Positions 1-8,216 of a DNA stretch of 64,000 bases are shown one piece after another. The position numbers were made by a program, and so were the translations under genes. Within the stretch, counting starts at the first letter, position 1, and every line of letters starts with the position of its first letter. The notes beneath the pieces were generated by a model. That model was not told the DNA's origin. It worked only from the letters and a program-made list of their open reading frames with translations, and did no database searches. The DNA comes from Klebsiella pneumoniae (GTDB lineage Bacteria; Desulfobacterota; Binatia; Bin18). Location: positions 355 to 64,354 of the forward strand of contig CAMBFS010000002.1 in NCBI GenBank assembly GCA_945865755.1. The letters are read 5' to 3'.

Positions 1-547
1 TGGTCACATAGCCACGGGCGATATTGTCGCCAAACCGGCGGCCCACACAGCGGCCGCCGGTCTGAATGACCGACAGCCCGGTGTGCGAGCTACGTAAGTC
101 GCTAAGCTGTTGCGGGTTGAGCGCTGGAGTCGCGTAGGGGAATTGGCCATTACAAGAAGCGAAATTGATGTCTTGGGAAATGGGGCCTTTGGGCGAGATG
201 GTGTTGGTTGGGTCTTGGCCGGCGGATGCGGTCACGGGAAAGTTCCCATTAAAGACGTCACGCAGATTGACCGTTTGGGTGTCATAGCCGGTCAGGTAGA
301 TGTTGAAAGAGGTGGTGGGGTGACCGAGATCGCTCCACAACGTGACATGCGCCAGGTATGCGGTGGCGTCGGAAGCATTGACCGAGAAAATCGTGGTCAC
401 GCCATTGGGATTGTTGAGATCGACCTCAAAGTAGGGCAGCAGCAAGGTCGCGGCAGGCACGTTATCGAGCACGCCAATCTCGGCGCGGCTGTGGAGTGGA
501 CAAAGGGCAAGGACGCAGAGGAAAAGTCCCAAGAGACGCTTTCGCAT
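1..547 (-). CDS. Secreted conserved hypothetical protein, 3' end runs off window start
   Basis: Hand translation from ATG at 547 (not in ORF track): MRKRLLGLFLCVLALCPLHSRA-EIGVLDNVPAATLLLPYFEVDL...SQDINFASCNG...GDNIARGYVT, open to base 1. Signal peptide; AAGGAG SD upstream. Confidence 0.85.
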   Translation of the reverse strand, partial: MRKRLLGLFLCVLALCPLHSRAEIGVLDNVPAATLLLPYFEVDLNNPNGVTTIFSVNASDATAYLAHVTLWSDLGHPTTSFNIYLTGYDTQTVNLRDVFNGNFPVTASAGQDPTNTISPKGPISQDINFASCNGQFPYATPALNPQQLSDLRSSHTGLSVIQTGGRCVGRRFGDNIARGYVT

Positions 548-769
548 GGCGAGGCTCCTTAACTGTTATAGCGATGATGGAGGTACTGGATGAGAATGGT
601 GCCGAGGGTCTCCAGCCTGCTACCTCAATTCTCCCGCAAGAATGCACCCACAGGGAATATGCCTGGTTCGGGATTTATTACAAGGGCCGGGGCACTCGCC
701 GTAGACACCCACGACTCTTATCGCTTATGATCGCCGTGATTGACGAACCTACTGAAACGGAGGTGGAGG

Positions 770-1519
770 ATGAAGAGTCGGAGGAATTGGGGACTTTTGG
801 GGCTGAGTGTCTTGTTCATGGTGGGGCAACAATCAATCTCGTACGCCCTCACGGCGGAGGAAGTCGTGGTCAAGCAGGCGATCGCCGAGACCATGACACC
901 GGAGGAACTGGCCGCGTACAAGGCACGGGTGGCGGACTATTTCTCTCGCCACCCCTCGTCATTGCCGGTCATTCCGCAACTCCCCGCCGACATCTGTACC
1001 GCGGCGACTCCTGAGATCGATCCCGCACTCCCCTACGGACCAATCGCGGATACCACAGTCGGGGCAACTGACCATTTTGATCTGCCCCCCGACGTTGCCG
1101 CGCCGACGTGTACCGCGACGACGAGCTGCAACGGGGATGGTCGCCCAGGGAGCTTACCGCGCGGGAGCATCTATACCGGCACGGGCCTGGGCCCCGACCG
1201 GGCCTGGCGCATTCGGACGAGTGCGAACTGCAACTTGACCATCACCATGGATCCGACGGGGGCGCAGGACCTGGCGTTGATTGTGTATCAAGCCAATTGT
1301 TCGAGCTCGTTGGCGGACTGCGCGTGCGTGGACGACACCGGACGTGGCGGAGTCGCGGAATCGGTGACGCTCGGCGCGGTGGCGGGGACCGATTACTTTA
1401 TCGTCGTGGATGGCTACTCGACCGGAGGCCCACCTGTGAGCGGACCGTATACGCTACAAGTGGCCGGCACGGGGTGTGCCTTGGTGCCGGTGGAGTTGCA
1501 GAAGTTTAGTGTCGAGTAG
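770..1519 (+). CDS. Secreted Cys-containing protein with PPC-like beta-sandwich domain and C-terminal PVELQKFSVE
   Basis: GGAGG SD before ATG 770; signal peptide; DLALIVY...YFIVVDGY...GPYTLQV pattern typical of pre-peptidase C-terminal-like domains. Confidence 0.75.
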   Translation: MKSRRNWGLLGLSVLFMVGQQSISYALTAEEVVVKQAIAETMTPEELAAYKARVADYFSRHPSSLPVIPQLPADICTAATPEIDPALPYGPIADTTVGATDHFDLPPDVAAPTCTATTSCNGDGRPGSLPRGSIYTGTGLGPDRAWRIRTSANCNLTITMDPTGAQDLALIVYQANCSSSLADCACVDDTGRGGVAESVTLGAVAGTDYFIVVDGYSTGGPPVSGPYTLQVAGTGCALVPVELQKFSVE

Positions 1520-1569
1520 GTCGTAATGGGGAGTCCGGATTTCACGGTGTGTCCTCTTTGCTAGAGCGC

Positions 1570-1780
1570 CAGGAGTCCGGGGGTGTCGCTCACGCTCAAC
1601 CCCCGGCTCCTGGCTCGCACCCCGCCGGGGTGGTGGGCGAGTAGCGCGTTGCCGGGTGCGCAACCAGTGTCTGGGCAGCCCGGAGGGCTTGCAGCAATTA
1701 GCCGGGGGTTGAGGAGCGCCGGGCGCGACGATACCCCCGGAACATCGGTCAAAGTGTCCACGCATCCTGAAGGGATGCTA
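1570..1780. repeat. REP-like cluster of GC-rich hairpins
   Basis: CCGGGGGT...ACCCCCGG hairpins at 1577-1606 and 1702-1740. CTCAACCCCCGGCT (1595-1608) is the exact reverse complement of 1700-1713. GCATCC-TGAAG-GGATGC at 1762-1778. Confidence 0.75.
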
Positions 1781-1809
1781 GACCCTGTGCGAATGTTCTG
1801 TCGACCGAT

Positions 1810-3381
1810 TTAGGGTGCCGCCGGCGTCCACACCTGCAACCGTCCGTTATCAGGACAGCCCATCTGCCCACTGATGACCACCGGCTCGCTGGCGAAGGCG
1901 GCGACGATTTCGGCACGCGCGTCAGCATTGAGGTCAACGAGCCGTAGGTGATACCCCCGGCAGCCCGCGCCCAAGGACGGCACTTCGGCTGACTGCTCTT
2001 CCATAAACCCACCTTTACCATCACCCAGGAACAGGCGGAGCCCACCATCGCTATCCAGTGCCGCCACGTCGGTGTTCTTATCCCCGTCGATGTCACCAGC
2101 GGCCAGAGCCGAGATGACATTGCGCGAGCTGCTGTTCGCGAGCATCACCTGTGGCCAGGTACCGTCGGCACGCGAGAGTAAGACCGTGAGCGGGACTGAC
2201 CATTGTTCCCCGTCCTGACTCAGCGCCCCAATCACAAGATCGTCACGGTGATCGTTATCGAAATCCGCGAGGGCAACGGCGTAGATGTAGGCGCGTGATG
2301 GCAGCGCCGCGATCTCCACGGGGGCGGTGTCCACCCCCCCATACTGCACGAGCTTGTTGCCGCCGAAGGAGAGAGAGGCCGAGAGGACATCCGCCTGCCC
2401 GTCGTGGTTCACATCACCCGTGGCCAGGGTATCACCGAAGCTATTGTCCCCGGCCGGCAGCACTTGCTTCCGCCATTGGTCACCGCCTTGGTTGAGATAC
2501 ACCACGTTCCCGAACGAGCCCCCACCTTGGCCGCCGGGACGTGGGCCTTCGCCGAGGGCAATCAAATCAGGCTGGCCATCCCGGTTCCAGTCGTGCGCGA
2601 CCAACGCCCGTGAAGTGAAGCGGGTTGCCGGGTCAGGCTCAAACACCTCCGGTCCGGGGCCGAGACGAAACGCCCCTTTGCCATCTCCGAAAAGGAGCGT
2701 CAGTCCCTTGAGGTGCGCGGCCAGCGCGAGGTCGAGCTGGGTGTCGCCATTGAAATCCGCCACCGCCACCGCACCGTAGTCGTAGTCCGCACGGGGATAG
2801 TCCGCTTCCTTCCAAAGGTGCCAGTGTCCCGCGCTATCACCTAGAAAAATGCGGGGCCCCCCTCCCCCTTTACGCGGTGGCCCATGCACGATGTCGAGAT
2901 GGCCATCGCCGTTCATGTCCGCGACATCGAACCGGTTGCGCCATTGCCCTTGCGTGGGGAGACCATCGGAGAAAGGCGTAAGGGTCAGTCGATTGACGGT
3001 CTCTAGAACGACCGGGGGGAGCGGGGCCGGTTGGGGTACTTCCGTGGGCTGTACCGCGGGATTGGTGGGTGGTGGCACTTCGTCCTTGGGGGTGAGGTAC
3101 TCTTTGACATAGAGATATTTGTCATCTTCGCGTGCGAGCTGGTAGAGAAAATAGGGCAGCACGCGCACCGAGCCGTCGGCACGCTTGTGATAGCGCAGGT
3201 CTTTCTTCGCCAACCGTTTGAGCGTGTAGCGCTGGCCGTCGGGATCGGTGAGGATTTGGCTTTTCGTGGCGGTGGACTTGGTGGGCTTTTTTTTCTTGGC
3301 CGCCGCCTGTCCGACATCGGCCAGGGTCAGTGCGAGGACAAGAGTCGTGCACCAGATTCCTACGTGTGTGAGCAGCTTCAT
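1810..3381 (-). CDS. Secreted FG-GAP/VCBS repeat beta-propeller protein
   Basis: Signal peptide; repeated DMNGDGHLDIV, DFNGDTQLDLA, DWNRDGQPDLI, DVNHDGQADVL, DFDNDHRDDLV, DIDGDKNTDVA, DLNADARAEIV motifs. Confidence 0.9.
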   Translation of the reverse strand: MKLLTHVGIWCTTLVLALTLADVGQAAAKKKKPTKSTATKSQILTDPDGQRYTLKRLAKKDLRYHKRADGSVRVLPYFLYQLAREDDKYLYVKEYLTPKDEVPPPTNPAVQPTEVPQPAPLPPVVLETVNRLTLTPFSDGLPTQGQWRNRFDVADMNGDGHLDIVHGPPRKGGGGPRIFLGDSAGHWHLWKEADYPRADYDYGAVAVADFNGDTQLDLALAAHLKGLTLLFGDGKGAFRLGPGPEVFEPDPATRFTSRALVAHDWNRDGQPDLIALGEGPRPGGQGGGSFGNVVYLNQGGDQWRKQVLPAGDNSFGDTLATGDVNHDGQADVLSASLSFGGNKLVQYGGVDTAPVEIAALPSRAYIYAVALADFDNDHRDDLVIGALSQDGEQWSVPLTVLLSRADGTWPQVMLANSSSRNVISALAAGDIDGDKNTDVAALDSDGGLRLFLGDGKGGFMEEQSAEVPSLGAGCRGYHLRLVDLNADARAEIVAAFASEPVVISGQMGCPDNGRLQVWTPAAP

Positions 3382-3388
3382 GCCTGGG

Positions 3389-3417
3389 GTCTTACCGGCT
3401 CACGGTAAGAACGTCAA
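3389..3417 (-). promoter_or_regulatory. Candidate sigma70 promoter (TTGACG-N17-TAAGAC) overlapped by a palindromic operator-like site
   Basis: The -10-like hexamer ends 7 nt before ATG 3381 and there is no SD. CTTACCG-N5-CGGTAAG palindrome at 3391-3409. Confidence 0.4.
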
Positions 3418-3437
3418 ATCGTGAAAGGAAAGATCAC

Positions 3438-3480
3438 TTGATCCCCCTCACCCTAGCCCTCTCCCAGCCGGGAGAGGGAA
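3438..3480. repeat. REP-like hairpin, CCCTCTCCC-N-GGGAGAGGG family, copy 1
   Basis: Near-identical 43-bp copy at 43752-43794; partial copies at 31512-31540 and 48826-48860. Confidence 0.8.
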
Positions 3481-3537
3481 TTTTCGGACCCGTTTCCCCT
3501 CTTCTCCATTTCCCCTCTTCCCCGTTTCCCCAACCGG

Positions 3538-4509
3538 CTACCGGTCCAGCGCCTTCACCAGCGCGAACAGTTCGGGATCAATCGGTTTCTGTTTGCCGAC
3601 GATGTCGACCAGGGGGGTCGTTTGCACGCGCCCGTGCACCATGCCGACGAGCACGCCATGTTCCTCACGCACGAGGGCAGCCACCGCACCCGCCCCCAGG
3701 CGCGTGGCCAAGAGCCGATCATACGCGGTGGGGTTGCCGCCGCGTTGGACGTGTCCGAGGGTCGTGGCCCGCAGGTCAAACCCCAGCCGTTCCTGATGAT
3801 CGCGGAAGTAGGTGACCAGCGCTTCCGCGTTATATCGGGCTCCTTCCGCCACGACCGCGATGGCATGGGCCTTGCCGTGCTCATACGAGGCGCGCAAGGT
3901 TTGCGCGACGTCTTCCGGGGTCGTTTCAATTTCGGGAATGCTAATCAGCTCGGCTCCACCCGCGATGCCCGCCATCAACGCCAAATAGCCACTGTCGCGT
4001 CCCATGACTTCGACCAGAAACGCCCGTTGGTGAGAGGAGGCCGTGACTTTCAGACGGTCGATGGCTTCCAAGGCGATATTGAGGGCGGAATCCACACCGA
4101 TGGTGATGTCCGAGCCCACCAAGTCGTTGTCGATGGTCGAGGCGACCCCCACCACGGGAAACCCCATCCGCGCCAGTGCCAACGCGCCGGTTTGCGAGCC
4201 ATTGCCGCCAATGACCACCAGGGCCTCGATCTGGTGCTGGTGCAACTTGCGTAGCGCCTTCTGACGCCCGTCCTCGGTCTTGAACTCCGGGCACCGCGCA
4301 CTGCCCAGGATTGTTCCTCCTTGTTGGATAATGCCACTCACATCACGACTGCTGAGGACCGCACCTTCGCCAGTGATGAGACCGGCATAGCCATGCCGCA
4401 CGCCAAATACCTGCCAGCCGTGACTCAGGCTCATGCGCACAACCGCCCGGATACACGCGTTCATCCCTGGGGCATCACCACCACTCGTCAATACGCCAAT
4501 GGTTTTCAT
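3538..4509 (-). CDS. pfkA: ATP-dependent 6-phosphofructokinase
   Basis: LTSGGDAPGMNA, GGTILGSAR, IGGNGS, STIDND, VEVMGR, LGHVQRGG motifs. Confidence 0.97.
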   Translation of the reverse strand: MKTIGVLTSGGDAPGMNACIRAVVRMSLSHGWQVFGVRHGYAGLITGEGAVLSSRDVSGIIQQGGTILGSARCPEFKTEDGRQKALRKLHQHQIEALVVIGGNGSQTGALALARMGFPVVGVASTIDNDLVGSDITIGVDSALNIALEAIDRLKVTASSHQRAFLVEVMGRDSGYLALMAGIAGGAELISIPEIETTPEDVAQTLRASYEHGKAHAIAVVAEGARYNAEALVTYFRDHQERLGFDLRATTLGHVQRGGNPTAYDRLLATRLGAGAVAALVREEHGVLVGMVHGRVQTTPLVDIVGKQKPIDPELFALVKALDR

Positions 4510-4540
4510 ACAACTCCTCCGAACATGCCCACTCCCAGGT

Positions 4541-4668
4541 GGGCAATGGCATTAAGTTAAGCAACCGTGTCATTGCGAGCAGCGAAGCAATCTTTGTTTT
4601 GTTGGAGATTGCTTCGTCGTCCGACTCCTCGCAATGACAGTCACTCCCTTAACTTAATGCCATTGCCC
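4541..4668. mobile_element. 128-bp MITE-like element with 20-bp perfect terminal inverted repeats and AGGT target duplication
   Basis: GGGCAATGGCATTAAGTTAA (4541-4560) and TTAACTTAATGCCATTGCCC (4649-4668); AGGT at 4537-4540 and 4669-4672; no ORF. Confidence 0.8.
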
Positions 4669-4706
4669 AGGTGGGAGGGGATGAGAATAAGAGGGTCCAC
4701 ACAACC

Positions 4707-5123
4707 CTATTGTAGCTGACCAGCGATAGCCGTGGCTAATGATGTTCCTTCGTCAGCGCTCAGCGACCGCGCGGGCCATTGAATGCCAAGCCCGGAGCCG
4801 TCCGCATACTTCGGGATAATATGAAAGTGCACGTGCATGACAACCTGGTGAGCCGGGGCGCCATTGTTCTGGAGAATGTTGAATGCCGTGGCTCCAGTAG
4901 CACGCAGAATCGCGCGACTCAACCGCGGGAGGACCCGCCCAAGTGCCGCCGCGGATTCTTCGGAAAGCTGGTCGAGGGTCTCGGCTGGTTCCTTGGGAAT
5001 GACCAGCGTGTGCCCACGACTCAGGGGGTTGATGTCGAGAAAGGCGAAGACGTGTTCGTCTTCGTGAATGCGGAAACAGGGGATTTCACCGGCGATGATT
5101 TTCGTGAAAATGCTCGTGGCCAT
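4707..5123 (-). CDS. HIT family nucleotide hydrolase
   Basis: FTKIIAGEIPC, AFLDINP, GHTLVIPK, HVHFHII (HxHxH) motifs. Confidence 0.95.
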   Translation of the reverse strand: MATSIFTKIIAGEIPCFRIHEDEHVFAFLDINPLSRGHTLVIPKEPAETLDQLSEESAAALGRVLPRLSRAILRATGATAFNILQNNGAPAHQVVMHVHFHIIPKYADGSGLGIQWPARSLSADEGTSLATAIAGQLQ

Positions 5124-5207
5124 TGCCTACTCCTCCATCGCTGAGATTCCCCCTTGGTGTACGCGGTCCGCAACCGTGGGGCAAGACGCGCTTGCCAGGG
5201 AAGGCTG

Positions 5208-5350
5208 GAGGGGAAATGGGGAAATGGGGAAATGGGGAAATGGGGAAACGGGGAAACAAAAGGAGGCTTTGCTCGCCCTCCTTTTACCCTATTCCCCTTT
5301 TACCCCATTCCCCTTTTACCCTATTCCCCGTTTCCCCTATTCCCCTTCCC
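5208..5350. repeat. Short tandem repeat blocks in inverted orientation (GGGGAAAT-like, then TTCCCC-rich)
   Basis: GGGGAAAT-like units at about 5209-5255, followed by complementary CCCTATTCCCC/CCCCATTCCCC units at about 5287-5350. Confidence 0.75.
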
Positions 5351-5360
5351 CAGCGGCTAT

Positions 5361-6563
5361 CTACCACTCGACGGCATAACTGGGGGCAGGGCAGTTGGTG
5401 CCATCGCCAATGACGACCTGGCGGCGGCCAATGATCGTGCTCGCCGGGCAATCGACTTGCTGTACGAGGCTCCGAGAACCAATCGTACTATTGGCGCCAA
5501 TGCGCGAACGGAAGAAGACCGCGGATTTCTTGATCTCCACGTTGTTGCCGGTCACCGTGGCGTTGTTTGCTTTCACCGTTCCGAGCGGAAATGCCGTGGG
5601 TCCACCATGCACAATCACATGCTCGCCGTAGAAGCCGCTATTCCCCATCCCAATGTGCGTATGCTCCAGCGCGTGGAATACGACATGGCTATTCATCTCG
5701 GCGATGGTGCCAATCACGAACGGTTCACCTTCGTCGGCACGGAGGGAGATATGATTGTCCATCGCACCGTCCAGATCTCCGATGTTATTGGCTAAGCGCA
5801 CGTCGCCAATGATGCGATTGCGAAACCCTGTGACGCGGCTCCGGGTGCCCGCCAGCGAAGGCAGCTCGGAGGTCGGGTTGAAATCTGTATTGCCCGGGTC
5901 CAGATTGATACCGGTGCGGTTGTTCGCATCCGCGGTGAGAACCGGGTATTCCTTGGCGAACTCGACATTCACTTCGATCACTCCGTCCATGAACGCGCGA
6001 TCGGCTTCGGTGACCGCAGCCGTCTTGCTGTCCACTTCTCCCTGAGAAGCGACATACTTGCCGGAAAGCACTTTCCGACCAGAAGGGATGGTCACGCCGC
6101 GTCCCACTTTCGCGAGATGGAGGACCATCGCGTCCTTCTGAATAATCGCGCCGTCCACCTCGGAATTAAAACCGACAAACGAGGGGCAATGCGTCGTGCT
6201 GCTGGAGCTGCCGGGGCAGGTGCCGGTCTCGCCAAGCGAAGCTGGCCCCTTCACCGTTGATCCGTGGGCCAGAATCGTCATCTCCCCAAGCCGGACCTCG
6301 CCGCGCTTGGCCCGAATAACCACACTGTCTTGGACATTGCTCTCTCTGCCAATGTGAATGCCGCGCGTCTCTTTTGTTCCCGCCTAGAGCACCGCGAAGG
6401 GCCCAACAAAGACGAGCGGGTCGATGTGGATATTCTCCGAGTGAAAGAGTCGTGCGGTCGCATCAATGAAATGAGGCTCCGATTGAGCCGTGGCGTATTC
6501 AGTGCCTCCGAGCGTGGCGAGCAGTCCGGCGAACAGAGCAGCGTTGAGCTTCCGTGTCTTCAT
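5361..6563 (-). pseudogene. Secreted tandem gamma-carbonic-anhydrase-like (hexapeptide repeat) protein interrupted by an in-frame TAG at codon 60
   Basis: ATG 6563 with signal peptide, in frame with the track ORF 5361-6323. Single TAG at 6384-6386 (FVGPFAVL*AGTKE). The C-terminal domain has LRADEG, FHALE and EHVIVHG, matching Cam-type active-site motifs. Confidence 0.75.
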
Positions 6564-6742
6564 GCCAAATATATCCTTTCATGCGCAAAGGGTTCTTCCT
6601 CCCGCGGTTATTAAGGTTTTCCCAATTGCGAGTGCGTCGGCACGCGAGGTATGCGGTTGGCTCCCCTATGGAACCAAACGGATACCGCTACCTCAACTTG
6701 CGTGGTGAGAGGATCGGATGAAGTCGGAAAAACTTAACTGGC

Positions 6743-7972
6743 TCATCTTTCTCCCGGAGGCTTGATGTGGCGAAAATTCCAGTACAGCGCCAAGTCGTAG
6801 ATAATCTTGATGCCGCCAGCCAGGAAGAACGGCACGCTCATCAGTGAAGCGCTAAAAAACACACCGGTGACCAGTGGTCCAAACGCGCTCGCTATTGTCC
6901 GGGCGAGGGCGGTGACGCCCGCGGCAGCCGAGCGTTCGTCAGGCGCGACAATCGCCATCAGATAAGCCTGACGCGTGGGGACATCCATCTGGGCCGTGCT
7001 GTAGCGTAACAACAACATCGCCGCCGCCCAGGGAAAGGTAGGCATGAGGGGCGTCAACAAGAGAAAGACATTGGCGGGAAGATGCGTGAACGCCATCGTA
7101 TTGATGAGGCCGATACGCGCCGCCACGCGGGCGGCGACGAGCGCGGAACAGCCCGCCAAGATATTCGCCCCAAAGAACAGTGTGCCAAGAGCGGCGGGCT
7201 CCACCCCAAAACGCGCGTGGAACCAGTAGGCGAGCAAGCTTTGCAACACCAGCGCGCCCGCGAAAGAATCAAAGGCAAAGAGGATCGAGAGATCGCGAAT
7301 GATCTTCCACGAACGGTGTAAACCAAAGAACCGGGACGGCCCTTGTATCGGGACACTTTCCACCTCGATCCGCGACGACAGGCAGCTCAAGACCGCCCCC
7401 AGCAAGAGGCCGCAGCCGGCATAACTCGCGAACATGAAGTGATAGCTGCTCAGGGGGGTGAGACCGGTTCGTTGGAGACTCGTGACCACCATGCCACCAC
7501 TCCACGCCCCGAGCGCGGCGGCGAAGGAGCCGACGAGGTTGTACCAGGCAAAGACGCGTGTCCGCTGTGAACCGGGAGTGAGCTGCGCGAGCGCGGCTTG
7601 TTCGAGGGGAAGAAAAGGACCAGCCTCATGCCCGGTTGGACTCAACGTGCCGATAAACGCCGCGACGATGAGCAGCCAGGTATCGCTGGTCATCGCGAAT
7701 GTGACCCCAGCAAAGATCATCAGGCTCGCGCTGACGACGAGCATCCGCCGCCGACCGACCCGGTCCGCGATTTGGGTCACTAAAAGAGAGAGCGCGGCAT
7801 CACCAACGAGGGTCAGGGTCAAAACCAAGCCGATCTGTTGCTCGCTCATGCCCACCACGGCTAGATGCAGCGCAAGAATGATCGACAAGAATCCGTAGGC
7901 GAAAAGCCGCACAATGCGCGAGGCGAACAGCAGCCCAACGTCTCGGAAAAAATAGGAAAGTCCAAAGTCCAA
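6743..7972 (-). CDS. MFS transporter
   Basis: About 12 hydrophobic segments; motif A ADRVGRRR; DVPTRQAY..AIV...ER. Confidence 0.93.
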   Translation of the reverse strand: MDFGLSYFFRDVGLLFASRIVRLFAYGFLSIILALHLAVVGMSEQQIGLVLTLTLVGDAALSLLVTQIADRVGRRRMLVVSASLMIFAGVTFAMTSDTWLLIVAAFIGTLSPTGHEAGPFLPLEQAALAQLTPGSQRTRVFAWYNLVGSFAAALGAWSGGMVVTSLQRTGLTPLSSYHFMFASYAGCGLLLGAVLSCLSSRIEVESVPIQGPSRFFGLHRSWKIIRDLSILFAFDSFAGALVLQSLLAYWFHARFGVEPAALGTLFFGANILAGCSALVAARVAARIGLINTMAFTHLPANVFLLLTPLMPTFPWAAAMLLLRYSTAQMDVPTRQAYLMAIVAPDERSAAAGVTALARTIASAFGPLVTGVFFSASLMSVPFFLAGGIKIIYDLALYWNFRHIKPPGER

Positions 7973-8216
7973 AGTCGAATGTCCAACGTCAACAAAGTTT
8001 CAGGTTTCGGGTTGACCGAGGTCCAACGTCCCAGGTCCACCGTCCAACGTCCAATGTCAAAAAATTGCGATCTCCTGACGCCGTCCTCAGTCCTCGGTCC
8101 TCGGTCCTTTTTCCTTTTGCCTTGCTTCTTCCCCGCCTCCGCACTTCCCTGTCGATGGCGCGTCATGCTATGGAACCGTCTACATTTCACATCGGGATCG
8201 GAAAACGAAGGACATC

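Noticed and set aside
110-562. Plus-strand 150-aa ORF
   Set aside because: Antisense shadow of the real minus-strand secreted gene at 1-547, which has a signal peptide and SD.
6384-6386. Pyrrolysine recoding as the explanation for amber codons
   Set aside because: The other TAGs (30807 and in the IS630 remnant) lie in clearly decayed sequence, many genes use TAG as a normal stop, and there are no pyl genes in the window.
6646-6694. Long imperfect hairpin between the MFS and gamma-CA genes, considered as a riboswitch
   Set aside because: No conserved riboswitch core recognised and no U-tract. It may be an ordinary terminator-like or stabilising stem.
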